Positions 39,845-52,488 of a stretch of 64,000 bases of DNA are shown here, in pieces. This stretch comes from Octopus vulgaris (taxonomy: Eukaryota). The position numbers and the translations under genes were made by a program. Location: positions 620,001-684,000 of the forward strand of contig OX597842.1 in NCBI GenBank assembly GCA_951406725.2, given 5' to 3'. Under the pieces are notes generated by a model. It ran no database searches. It was not told the DNA's origin and saw nothing but the letters and a program-made list of their open reading frames with translations. How positions within the stretch are numbered: position 1 is the first letter of the stretch; each line of letters begins with the position of its first letter.

Positions 39845-40548
39845 CACATATATATATATATACACACACACACATATATATATATACGCACGCACACACA
39901 TATATATACATATATATATATATATCTATGTGTACACACACACAAACACACACATATGTAGTAAGGGGGAGAACACATTTCCAGCAAATTTGTCTAAGTG
40001 TTGAGTCTTCAGAAGTTCTAATTACTAATAACATAGTCGAAGACTTTCTAATTACAAATGAAATAGACAAGGGCTTTAATTAAGTTAGTCCGCTCACATT
40101 CTCCCCCCCCTCTCTCTCACACACCCACCTCTGACTTCCTACTTATATGTGTCTTGGTGTGTCCTCCTACTCTTCATCGCCTACTTTTCTATCTCTCTTT
40201 CTAACTATTTATTTCTACATATGTACCTGTCTGTCTGTCTATCTATCTTTTATTCTATCTATCTATCCATCCATCCATCCACCTATATCTATCCATCCAC
40301 TTATATCTATCTATCTATCTATCTATCGATCTATCTATCTTTCATTCTATCTATCTATCCATCCATCCACCCACTTATATCTATCAGTCTATCTATCTGT
40401 CTGTCTATCTATCTTTCATTATATCTAGCCACCCATCCACCCACCTATATCTACCACTCTATCTTTCTTTCATTCTATATATCCATCCATTCATCCACCT
40501 ATATCTATCTATCTATCTATCTATACATTTATCTACCTATCTATCCAT

Positions 40549-40582
<34 letters not shown>

Positions 40583-40584
40583 GC

Positions 40585-40657
<73 letters not shown>

Positions 40658-40709
40658 CATCTAACTATCTATCTATCTATCTATCTATCTATCCACCTAT
40701 ATATATATA

Positions 40710-40887
40710 TCGCTAGCCATTACACATTCTTTGTTTTCTCTCCTTGTTTCTTTCTGTGTTTCTTTCTATGGAAGAGCGTAGGCTTGAAACATTAAAAACT
40801 TTTTCACTTCCCTAGCATTATATTAATACATCTGTTTGTTGTCTACACCACCTGTCTTCGTCAGTTGTTTTTTTTTTTGTGAATTCT

Positions 40888-40918
<31 letters not shown>

Positions 40919-41122
40919 ATCAAAATAAGCAACAAGGATATATATATATATATATGTGACCGCATGTGTACCGTTGGCGATTTTTTCCTCTGTCTTCCCT
41001 TCTCTGAATCTTTCCTTCTCCTATGTTTCCGACAAAGAGCTCCACTCGAAATGTTAAACCCTCTTTCTTCCTTTCTTTCCTGAGCATCCAATAATACTAT
41101 ATTTGTTCCACATCCTCGCATT
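40710..41122 (+). mobile_element. Adjacent family B (40710-40890) and family A (40955-41122) hammerhead-like elements separated by TA tracts
   Basis: gaagagcgtaggcttgaaac and ccgacaaagagctccactcgaaatg motifs, both degenerate. Confidence 0.65.
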
Positions 41123-41808
41123 GTATCTCATAGTCTGTATACATACATACATATATGTATGCATATACATACATACACACGAGTATAAACGAAAAATTGT
41201 CGAAACCGGTTTGATATTCAAATAAGTTTGTAACAGAATTTAAAAATGACTACATATTTTGTAATTTAGGGTCATTTTCAAACCCCAAAACCAATTCTCA
41301 TATTTATCATTCGTCTTTCTGTTGGTCTTTTCCTCTCTGTCTCTCTTCTTTGCTTCTTTATCTTTCTCTCTTTTTAATTTACTCTGTCTGTCTGTCTGTC
41401 TGTCTCTCTCACTCTCTCAGTCTAGCTCTCTTTATCCACCTATCTTTGGCAGGATGCCTGATATGTCTACAGAATATGTGAGTTCAAGTCCACAGGCAGC
41501 TTTTGATTGTGTTTGCTATCCTCAAGGATCTTAAACCCCAATATTTTTATGCTGTTAATTATAGCTTTATGCGTGTGGTTTGAGGTCCAGAGTTCCAATA
41601 TAAGATTCTTTCTTGTTATCTCGAGAATCTCTAAAACTCCTATGGCATCAACATGTAGCTGGGTTATAAGAAACTTGCTTCCCAAACACGTGTGTCCAGG
41701 TTCAGTCCCACTATACAGCACTTTGGGCAAATGCATTCTCCTACTGCCTTAGGCTGATCAAAGCTTTCTGAGTAGATTTGGCAGATGGAAACTGAAAGAA
41801 GCCCATTG

Positions 41809-41846
<38 letters not shown>

Positions 41847-41870
41847 CAATGGGTTTCTTATACACACACT

Positions 41871-41918
<48 letters not shown>

Positions 41919-41921
41919 CAT

Positions 41922-42330
41922 AGGCATAGGAGTGACTGTGTGTTAAGTAGCTTGCTTACCAACTACATGGTTCTCGGTCCATTCCCACTGCTTGGTACCT
42001 TGGCCAAGTGTCTTCTACTATAGCTTCAGTCTGACAAAAGTCTAGTGAGTGGATTTGGTAGACGGAAACTAAAAGAAACCCGTCATATATATGTATGTGT
42101 GTGTATATGTATATATATATATATATATGCGTGTGTGTTTGTGTTTGTCCCCCTAGCATTGCTTGAGAACTGATGCCGGTGTGTTTACATCCACATAACT
42201 TAGCAGTCCGGCAAAAGAGACCTATAGAATAAGTACTAGGCTTACAAAGAATAAGTCCTGGGGTCGATTTGCTCGACTAAAGACAGAGCTCCAACATGGC
42301 CACAGTCAAATGACTGAAACAAGTAAAAGG
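41922..42330 (+). mobile_element. SINE family 1
   Basis: Matches the family 1 consensus. Confidence 0.85.
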
Positions 42331-42440
42331 GTATATATATATATATATATATATATAACAAAGTGAAGTTGTAAGGTACCATACGAGTGTAAATATATAT
42401 GAAAAAAGGTTTGAAAATGCAATTTTAAAGATGATTATAA

Positions 42441-42482
42441 ACTTGAGCAGTTTCACTTTTTTAGAAAAAGATTGTCAAAAGT
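42441..42482 (-). ncRNA. Hammerhead-like motif with U3/A8 variant core
   Basis: Minus strand ACTT-TTGACAA-T-CTTTTT-CT-AAAAAAG-T-GAAA-CTGC-TC-AAGT inside a ~300-bp segment between TA tracts; stem III is weak. Confidence 0.45.
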
Positions 42483-42689
42483 AAAATGTATAAGCTTTGT
42501 TGTGTTAAGTACTAGTTGACACAAAAGTATTAAAATACATATATACATTCTTTGATACTAATAAGAAAATGTTAAAAATAGTTTACAAGAAAGTATTTAA
42601 GAATATATTCAAGAAAAAGTATTAGGAGTTCAATAAAAATCATGTTTGTTTGGTAGTATATATATACACAGAAGGAGATATATCTCATA

Positions 42690-42830
42690 ATACTTTTTTT
42701 GCCCATGACACTACATCGACCCTAAGTAAGGCATGTGTAAAATTTGAATGAAATAAGTTGTGTAGTTCTCAAGATTTAGGGATTCACACAGAGACAAATA
42801 AACACACATTCTCAGTTTTATATATATAGA
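42690..42830 (-). mobile_element. Helitron-like 5' end fragment
   Basis: Minus strand starts TCTATATATATAAAACTGAGAATGTGTG, a typical non-autonomous Helitron start; no 3' end seen. Confidence 0.45.
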
Positions 42831-43912
42831 TAACACAAAGAAATAGCAATTTGGATCCAACCAGGTACCTAATTAGCTTTCTGATATAATCCAGATGTGG
42901 CTAACCACCTCAAATGATAGGGAACACACAGAATTGTTATTTCGACAAACGATTTCCGTTTTTCACTCAACAGGCTAATCCTGAGTTCCCTTCAATGGAT
43001 TTTGTACAGCATAAGAAAGCGTATAATTGAGAAATCATAAAGGAGAATGGAGAATTATAACCCCATACGTAAAACCTTGAAAAAGGCTCCATAGGAATGT
43101 CTACCTTGTAGGAATATGTATTGCAACTGAATTAAAGAAATATGAATTCTACATCAAAGGACACAGGAGATTTAGGCAGCAGAAACACATGGAATTTAAG
43201 GAGAATAATACTGCAATAAACAAATTTTGAAGATGTATAATTTTCCATTCTTCTTTATGATGTCTCTCACAATATATTCCACCTTTGAACTTTTCTGCAT
43301 TATGATCTGAATGTAAGGTCTTCTCCACCCTGATGACAAACGCTCACTTTATCAATTATTGATTGATTTCATTACGATGCATATTATGATGAACTATATC
43401 TGCTAAAATTATGATGGATCTCCGAGCCCCTAGAAATAACTTTCTTCATCCCGTTCAATTTTCTCTATCATTTGTACTCTGTGCAAGTTGGATCTATTAA
43501 TATAAATATCTATATATTTTTTATAGCCTTGTATTGGATATATAATATAACGAAGCAGGGGGAAAAGCAAGTATATACACGACACACTACTATTAATATT
43601 ACATGAAACTCAACACTCAATCGCAGCTCACAGTGAACTGCTTCCCAATCTGAACTGACAATTGCTCACAGTTCTTTACTTTATAACAATGAGACGGTCC
43701 ACTTTTCTAATAATAATAATAATAATAATAATATATATTGAAATTATTGTATACAGTGCTCAGGTGCACCACAACTTGTCAAAAGTGTGTATAAAGTATA
43801 TGCAGTAATGTACAAATGTCTGGAAAGCGAACTGTGTATGAGTCAGATACATGCTTTCACGTGAATGGAGGGGGAGAAAATTAGTCACTTGGTAGGGGTA
43901 GATGGTCGGAAT

Positions 43913-44760
43913 CAGGGCTGGATTAAGACCCATCGAGGCCCTAAGCACATAAAAGATTTTGGTACCCCCATAAAAAATTATGTAATTCAAAATATAAACA
44001 ATAACAAATTATAAAATAAATTTTTATTTTTGAAAATGAAGCGAAACATTAAAATGAAAAAATAATGTTTATTTTTGTATACAGTTCTATATTTAAGGGA
44101 TGAGAAATTATGTACATTATTTACATTCGCCAGATATTTGTTAATAACAAACAAGATGAGGACAAATATCCGTCGAATGTAAATAGTGTAAATAATGTAT
44201 TTTTGTATATTTCCACTTTACTCTTTTACTTGTTTCAATCCTTTGACTGCGACCATGCTGGAGCACCGCCTTTAGTCCAGCAAATCGACCCTGGGACTTA
44301 TTCTTTGTAAGCCCAGTACTTATTCTATCGGTCTCTTTTGCCGAACCGCTAAGTGACGGCGACGTAAACACACCAGCATCGGTTGTCAAGCAATGCTAGG
44401 AGAACAAACACAGACACACAAACATGAACACACACATATATATATATACATATATACGACAGGCTTCTTTCAGTTTCCGTCTACCAAATCCACTCACAAG
44501 GCTTTGGTCAGCCCGAGGCTATAGTAGAAGACACTAGTCCAAGATGCCACGCAGTGGGACTGAACCTGGAACAATATGGCTGGTAAGCAAGCTACTTACC
44601 ACACAGCCACTCCTGCGCCTATATTTATATTTGGGAAGTTTCCTCCTACTTCTTTGAATTGCAAAGTCTTTGATCAGATCCTCATCATTAATCTTAGGTA
44701 ACACATCTGCATCTATACTTAGTAGAGATAAAGGCATCCCAGATATTATTTTAGCTATTT
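43913..44760 (-). mobile_element. hAT transposon relic with nested insertions
   Basis: cagggctggattaag terminus at 43913. 44635-44745(-) gives LSLLSIDADVLPKINDEDLIKDFAIQRSRRKL, like the hAT C-terminal dimerisation region. Confidence 0.6.
44217..44620 (-). mobile_element. SINE family 1
   Basis: Matches the family 1 consensus. Confidence 0.88.
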
Positions 44761-45005
44761 TAAAGTGATTTCTTTTGTGCCATAAACCATTTACCATTTC
44801 TTATTTGTTTATTGCCCACAAGGGGCTAAACATAGAGAGGACAAACAAGGACAGACAAAGGGATTAACTTGATTACATCGAGCCCAGTGTGTAACTGGTA
44901 CTTAATTTATCGACCCCGAAAGGGATGAAAGGCAAAATTGACCTCGGCGAAATTTGAACTCAGAAGGTAAAGACAGACGAAATACTGCTAAGCATTTTGC
45001 CCGGC

Positions 45006-45478
45006 TTACTCTTTTACTCGTTTCAGTCATTTGACTGCGGCCATGCTGGAGCACCGCCTTTTTTTAGTCAAGCAAATCGACCCTGGGACTTATTCTTTGT
45101 AAGCCTAGTACTTATTCTATCGGTCACTTTTGCCGAACCGCTAAGTGACGGCGACGTAAACACACCAGCATCGGTTGTCAAGCAATGCTAGGGAGACAAA
45201 CACAGACACACAAACATACACGCACACACAAATATATATGTATATATATATACAACGGCGGTGCATCAGCATGGCCGCAGCTCTGAGCTGAAACTAGAAA
45301 AAAAAAAAAATACACGACAGGCTTCTTTCAGTTTCCGTCTACCAAATCCACTCACAAGGCATTAGTCGGCCCGAGGCTATAGCAGAAGACACTTGCCCAA
45401 GGTGCCACGCAGTGGGACTGAACCCGGGACCATGTGGTTGGTAGGCAAGCTACTTACCACACAACCACTCCTGCACCT
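45006..45478 (-). mobile_element. SINE family 1 nested in a family 2 SINE
   Basis: Family 2 sequence stops at ~45005 and resumes at ~45479. Confidence 0.85.
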
Positions 45479-45589
45479 AACATTTCTGTCAGCTTGCCGC
45501 CTTATACCATTTACCATTTCTGTGGTGCCCCCTCTTATACTTAGCAGAGAGAGAGGGCACTAGACAATGTACTTATAGATCCACTATGT

Positions 45590-46280
45590 CCAAATAAAAG
45601 ATAGGATGGTCACAGATGGAACATCTTTGATCATAGCTCTACTATATCAAGACCCACCTGGGATTAAACAACAGTAACTACAACATTAACTATAGCCATT
45701 AATACTAACTGCTATGCTAACTACTCCACTGTACATTAGATCATGTAGTCCAAGATACACTATGCCTGAATAAAAGATGGGATGGTCACAGATGGAACAT
45801 CTTTGATCATAGATCTATTGGACCTGGACTGACCTGGGGCTAAACAACAAGAACTAATACTAACTGCTATACATTAGATCATGTAGTCCTAGATACAATA
45901 TATCAGAATGAAAGATGGGATGGTCACAGTTGGAACATCTTTGATCATAGGTCTGCTGGATCAGGACTAACCTGGGCCTGAACATTAACAACAACTAAAG
46001 CCATTAATTCTAACTGCTACACATTCAGTGATGTAGTCCTAGATACACTGTCAGAATAAAAGACAGGATGGCCACATCTGGAACATCTTTGATCATAGGT
46101 ACATTGGATCAGGACTGACCATGGGCTAAACAACAACATATGAATACTAACTATTATACTGTACATTAGATAATGTAGTCCTAGATACACTAAGACTTAA
46201 TTACAGATGGGATGGTCACAGCTGGAACGTCTCTGATTATAGATTTGCTCCATCAGGACTGACCTAGGGTTAAACAACAC
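45590..46280. repeat. Tandem array of the ~140-160-bp unit in opposite orientation
   Basis: About 5 units (aatgtagtcctagatacac...gacctggggctaaacaac). Confidence 0.9.
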
Positions 46281-46854
46281 AAGGTAAGTAGTTCTCTATA
46301 TGGTCGAATCTTTTACTAGAAATAGCAGCCAAATCTCCCAGAAATTCACTGCCAACTGTCGATGTGCGATTACTCATATGGTTGACATCAACAGGCAATA
46401 ATCTCCAAGAATTTACGACCATGCCCTCCCCTCCTGCACATTTCTGCCTCAGTAGCTCTGCCCCTACTCCCTGTCAGTCCTGCGGAGTCCCTCCTCTATA
46501 AAACACACTGACCCCAACTAATAGCTGAACTCTCCGACATTGGCGGTAATAAAATACAGTGATCCAGTTGACAGGTGCAGTCTGGGAAACTGGAAGGGAT
46601 CTCACCGCCCATATAAAGGGGTCATCGCAGAATCTGAATATAACTTTGTCAGGGATACATGTAATAAAACTTAAAAATGTATTTATGGCTTCAGGAATGA
46701 ATGAGGGAGCCCCAAGGTGGTTGCCCAGTTTGACTAGAAATAGCAACTAAATACCCTGTCTATGACTGGAAATGTGAAGGATATATGAATAGCAAGGAAA
46801 TATGATTCAATGGTTAGAGCTGGAACATCTTTTGATTAATATTCTACCAGATCA

Positions 46855-47775
46855 GGTGTGTCTAGATCCAGGTAGGCTTATGATCAAAGACGTTCCAGTT
46901 GTGACCATCCCATCTTTTATTCAGACATAGTATATCTAGGACTCCATTATCTAATGTTCAGTATAGTAGTTAGTATCAGACGTTCCAGTTGTGACCATCC
47001 CATCTATTATTCAGACATAGTGTATCTAGGACTCCATTATCTAATGTTCAGTATAGTAGTTAGTATCAGACGTTCCAGCTGTGACCATCCCATCTTTTAT
47101 TCAGACATAGTATATCTAGGACTCCATTATCTAATGTTCAGTATAGTAGTTAGTATTAGTGGTGTGTCTAGATCTAGATAAGTTTATGATCAAAGACGTT
47201 CCAGTCGTGACCATCCCAGCCTTTATTCAGACATTGTATACCTAGGACTACATTGTCTAATGTATAGTATGTAGTTTGTATTAGGGGCTATAGTTGATGT
47301 TGCTGTTTAGCCCTAGGTCAGTCCTGATGTAGATCAGTTTATGATCAAAGATGTTCCAGCTGTGACCATTTATTCAGGCATAGTGTATCTAAGACTACAT
47401 TATTTAATGTATAGTATAAATAGTTAGTGTTAGTATCTATAGTCATTTAGCCCTAGGTCAGTCCTGATCCAGCAAGCCAATGATGAAAGGTATTCCAAAT
47501 GTGACCATCTCATCTTTTATTCAGACATAGTATATCTAGGACTACATTATCCAATGTATAGTATGGAGTTAGTATTAGGGGCTATTGTTGCTGTTTAACC
47601 CTAGGTCAGTCTGGGTCTGGTAAACATTTAATCAAAGATGTTATAGCTGTGACCATCCCATCTTTTAATCAGTCACAGTATATCTAGGACTACATTATCT
47701 AATGTACAGTATAGAAGTATTAGAGGCTTTTGTTGTTGGTGTTTGGCTACAGTTCGGTTCTGATCCAGACAGACC
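46855..47775. repeat. Tandem array of the ~150-bp unit including a near-perfect 90-bp triplication
   Basis: 90-bp period at 46889, 46979 and 47069. Confidence 0.9.
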
Positions 47776-48320
47776 TATGCAAAGTTGTGGAAAGTGTATG
47801 GAGAGGAGTGTATGAGCCACACACAAGTGTAAGAAGGATTCAGATGTTTCCAAGATGACCGAAAAAATGTCAATGTGCACAAGTGTTCTGGGAGACCCTC
47901 AACCAGCAGAACTGAGAAAAACATTGCAGATGTGTGTGCAGCTGTGAGGGGAAATCATTGAATCACCAATTATGAGTTATCAGAGGTTGTGCAGATTAAT
48001 GACAGTTCAGTTCAGTCCGTTATTACTGAAGATTTGGGTATGAGACACATGTCTACCAAGTTTGAGCCAAAACTGTTTTCAGCTGACCAAAAGAACACTC
48101 GGGTTTCAGTTGTACAAGATCTCCTTGATTGCGTCGAGAACGATGAAAACTTTTCGAAAACTTTGCATAGGCCTCTGAGCAGGTATCATGAAGCTTTTGG
48201 CAAAATTTGATGAAGATTCTCTGCTCAACTTTCTCTGTGATAGTCAATGCGATGATCACATGCTACACGCGTTCCTTCCAAGCACTGCTGTAAACAGCAG
48301 AAGGGAGCTACAACATTAAA
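47775..48320. mobile_element. Rearranged mariner relic with two transposase 5' parts in inverted orientation
   Basis: Plus: KVYGEECMS...SGRPSTSRT...EDLGMRHMSTKFEPKL (WVPxxL equivalent). Minus 48158-48259: EQRIFIKFCQKLHDTCSEAYAK. Confidence 0.75.
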
Positions 48321-48964
48321 ACTTAGTCTACATGGCGTAAGAGTGGCTGTGTGGTAAGTAGCTTGCTTACAAACCTCATGGTTCCAGGTTCATTCCCACT
48401 GGATGGCACCTTGGGCAAAGCCTTGTGAGTGGATTTGGTAGACAGAAACTGAAAGAAGCCCGTTGTGTATATGTATATATGTGTGTGTGTGTGTGTGTGT
48501 GTATGTGTGTGTGTGTCTGTGTTTCTCCCCCCAACATCACTTGACAACTGATGCTGGTGTGTCTACATGTAGTTTTTTAACATCAAATGGCTATAGGTGT
48601 CCACCAGAATAAAATAGTAATCAAAGGGGTCCATAGATTAAAAAATGGTTGAGAATCCATGATACAAACAGTACAGACACCTTAGCAATAAATGTCATTT
48701 GACAATTATATCCACTACTGTTAGCAACATATCATTACTACAGGACACATGTGTAGATTAAATTTTTAACACTGACACACAGATAACGATGATGATGATG
48801 ATGTTGATGGTATATTTTTTTATTTGTTTCGGTCAGAGACTGTTGCCATACAACTCAAATCAATATGATCTTTGCATAAGGATGAGAACTGTTTAAAACT
48901 TTCAATGTAATCTGTTGCTAAAGAGAGTTGTTATAACTCTGAGTAGCATTGTTGCTAAGGTGCA

Positions 48965-49835
48965 TGATTACACCTGTCTACACCATTTGGTGCTAATGAA
49001 AATTACTGTTCATAACTGCCTATACCACTTGTTGCTAATGGAAAATATTGGATATAGCTGTCTATTCCACTTGTTGCTAATGGAAAGTATTGGTTATAAC
49101 TGCCCATGTCCTTTGTTGCTAATGAAAATTACTGGTTACAACTGCCTATGCCATTTGTTGCTAATGGAAAATATTGGGCATAGCTGTCTATTCCACTTGT
49201 TGCTAATGGAAAGTATTGATTATAACTGCCTCTGTCATTTGTTGCTAATGAAAATTACTAGTTACAACTGCCTGTGCCATTTGTTGCTAATGGAAAATAT
49301 TGGGCATATGTCTATTCCACTTGTTGCTAATGAAAAATATTGATTATAAATGCCTATGTCCTTTGTTGCTAATGAAAATTACTGGTTACAACTGTCTATT
49401 CCACTTGTTGCTAATGGAAAGTATTGATTAACACTTCCTATGTCATTTGTTGCTAATGAAAATTACTGGTTGCAACTGCCTGTTCCATTTGTTGCTAATG
49501 GAAAATATTGGGCATATGTCTATTCCACTTGTTGCTAATGAAAAATATTGATTATATATACCTGTGTCATTTGTTGCTAATGAAAATTACTGGTTACAAC
49601 TGCTTATGCCATTTGTTGCTATTGGAAAAATATCGGGCATAATTGTCAATTCCACTTGTTGCTAATGGAAAGTATTGATTAAAACTTCCTATGTCATTTG
49701 TTGCTAATGAAAATTACTGGTTTCAACTGCCTATGCCATTTGTTGCTAATGGAAAAATATTGGGCATAACTGTCTATTCCACTTGTTGCTAATGGAACAT
49801 ATTGATTATATATACCTGTGTCATTTGTTGCTAAG
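48965..49835. repeat. 42-bp minisatellite, ~20 units, with 3-unit (126-bp) higher-order structure
   Basis: ttgttgctaatg recurs at 49029, 49071, 49113 and onward; variants cycle gaaaattact / ggaaaatattgg / ggaaagtattg. Confidence 0.95.
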
Positions 49836-50487
49836 AATCTTAAGTTGAATGACCCAACCGCAGAGCTTAATTGTTTGGTACATATTCTATCAGATACAAA
49901 GACATACAAACACATCCACCCCCATATATCACCATCATTTAATGTCCATTTTCCCTACTGGCAGGAGTTGGATGGTTGGATGGTGTGACCGACAGCTGGT
50001 AAGGCTAGAGGTCATACCAGGCTCCACTGTCGGTTCAGACTTGGTTTTCGTGGCTGGATGTCCTTCCTAATGCCAACCACTTTACAGTGTGTATTGGGTG
50101 CTTTTAACATGGCACCTTCATGGGTGCTTCTTATGTGCCACCAGCCCCAGTGCCTTTAACATGACACTGGCACAAGTGCTTTGTATGTGGCACCAACATT
50201 TGTATCAATTCTGTTGTGGTGGACGAGTCTTCTAGAGTACAGCAAAACGCCAGATATCTTGACCCTTTGTCATCTCCTTTGTAAGGCTCAACAAGATGGG
50301 CTTCTTTTGGTTCATGTGTACCAAATGGCTTTGGTCAGCCTGAGGCTATAGTAGAAGACACTTGCCCAAGGTTCCATGCAGTGGGACTGAACCTGGGACC
50401 ATGTGGTTGAGAAGCAAGCTTCTTACCACACAGCCATGTCTACACCTAAATGAAAAGGAACCACAAACATATACACATATATATATA

Positions 50488-50681
50488 TCGGGATCTTTCC
50501 TTCCCCTATGTTTCCGACGAAGAGCTCCGCTCAAAACTTTAAACCCTCCTTCATCCCTTCTTTCCTGAGCGTCCAATAATACTATACTTGTTCCACATCC
50601 TCGCGTTGTGTTTTTTTGTGTTTTCTTTTTTCTTTTTTGTTTTTTGTGTTTTCTTGTTTGGATTAACTTTATATATATATG

Positions 50682-50760
<79 letters not shown>

Positions 50761-51003
50761 GTATGTATGTATATATATGTATGTATATACATATATATGT
50801 AGTTAATCCAAACAAGAAAGCACAAAAAAACACAACGCGAGGACGTGGAACAAATATAGTATTATTGGACGCTCAGGAAAGAAGGGAAGAAGGAGGGTTT
50901 AACGTTTCGAGCGGAGCTCTTCGTCGGAAACATAGGAGAAGGAAAGATCCAAAGAAGGGAAGACAGAGGAAAAAAAATCGCCAATGGTACACATGAGGTC
51001 ACA
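50488..51003. mobile_element. Inverted pair of family A hammerhead elements around a TA tract
   Basis: 50488-50670(+) and 50800-51003(-) are reverse complements over ~150 bp. Confidence 0.8.
50897..50931 (-). ncRNA. Minimal type I hammerhead (U4C variant), best-preserved family A copy
   Basis: GTTT-CCGACGA-A-GAGC-TCC-GCTC-GAAA-CG-TT-AAAC. Confidence 0.65.
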
Positions 51004-51086
51004 CACACATATATATATATATATATACATGCTAACTACTTGATAAATTCTTATAAAGATTTTATCCTATATTTAAATTATATATA

Positions 51087-52058
51087 TCATCATCATCATC
51101 ATCGTTTAACGTCCGCTTTCCATGCTAGCATGGGTTGGACGGTTCAACTGGGGTCTGGGAAGCCAGACGGCTGCACCAGGCCAGTCAGATGTGGCAGTGT
51201 TTCTACAGCTGGATGCCCTTCCTAACGCCAACCACTCCGAGAGTGTAGTGGGTGATTTTATGTGCTACCGACACAGGTGCCAGACGAGGCTGGCAGACGG
51301 CCACGCTCGGATGGTGTTTTTTATGTGTCACCGACACAGGTGCCAGACGAGGCTGGCGGACGGCCACGCTCAGATGGTGTTTGTTACGTGCCCTCAGCAC
51401 GGAGGCCAGTCATTGCGGTACTGGCTACGGTCACGTTCGGATGGTTTTCTTATGTGCCACCGGCACTGGTACCACAAGGATACAAATTCCATTGATGTTC
51501 ATCTATTTTGATTTGGTTCGATTTGATTCGATACGATTCGATTCTCACTTGCCTCAACAGGTCTTCACGAGTGTCACAAGAAGGAAGGTATGCACAGGTG
51601 GACTGACTACGTCCCAGGTAGGGGCCACGGATTATGGCTTCACTAGTCTTGCCGGGTCTTCTCACGCACAGCATACTTCCATAGGTCTCGGTCTCTAGTC
51701 ATTTCCATGGTGAGACCTAACGTCCGAAGGTCGTGCTTCACCACCTCGTCCCAGGTTTTCCTGGGTCTACCTCTTCCACGGGTTCCCTCAACTGCTAGGG
51801 ATTGGCACTTTCTCACACACCTATCTTCATCCATTCTCGCCACATGACCATACCAGCGCAATCGTCTCTCTTGCACACAACAACTGATGCTTCTTAGGTA
51901 CAACATTTCTCTCAAGGTACTAACGCTCTGTCGAGTAAGTACACTGACATTACACATCCATCGGAGCATACTGGCTTCGTTCCTCACGAGCTTACGCATG
52001 TCCTCAGCAGTCACGGCCCATGTTTCACTGCCATGTAGCATAGCTGTTCGTACATGCA
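51087..52058 (-). mobile_element. 5'-truncated RTE-clade LINE with 3' UTR and (GAT)n tail
   Basis: 51643-52058 encodes AMLHGSETW...RRLRWYGHVARM...RGRGRPRKTW...DRDLW, a typical RTE C-terminus. Confidence 0.92.
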
Positions 52059-52258
52059 GATGACAGGCTTCTTTCAGTTTCTGCTTGCCAAATCCACTCA
52101 CAAGGCTTTGGTTAGCCCAAGGCTGTAGGAGAAGATACTTGCACAAGGTGCCATGCGGAGGGACTGAACCTGGAACCATGTGGTTGGTAAGCAAGCTACT
52201 TACCACACATACATAAAATGTAAATGTTTAACCAAATAAAACTGCACTTCATGTCTGG

Positions 52259-52340
52259 AGCTCTGATGAAGCTATAGGGTGATACTCAAGAACGCAGCTA
52301 TCAGTGCATTGTATGTTATAGGTAGAAACAGCTGTAAGCT
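52259..52340 (+). ncRNA. Type I hammerhead ribozyme with canonical core and long loop II
   Basis: AGCT-CTGATGA-AGCTATAG...TTATAGGT-A-GAAA-CAGCTG-TA-AGCT; palindromic stem III, GUA site at 52334-52336. Confidence 0.8.
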
Positions 52341-52421
52341 AAGGAAGTTTGTGATAATTTATAATTTCTTTATATTTCTCAGCCTCATATGTGTGTGTGT
52401 GTGTGTGCATGCATATATGTA

Positions 52422-52485
<64 letters not shown>

Positions 52486-52488
<3 letters not shown>

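Noticed and set aside
42830-43520. Degraded PLE or hammerhead pieces (ctgttga...gaaa on minus ~42940-42975; cctgatgacaaacg at ~43329)
   Set aside because: Too degenerate; no complete fold or convincing protein motif.
46357-46573. Short LTR-like segment (TGTC...GACA with TATAAAA and AATAAA)
   Set aside because: No TSD, no clear PBS or second copy, and the left end overlaps another repeat.
48915-49343. 142-aa repetitive Cys/His ORF and CRISPR-like appearance of the 42-bp array
   Set aside because: The frame is a by-product of a unit length divisible by 3 and breaks mid-array; spacers are not unique; eukaryotic context with no cas genes.
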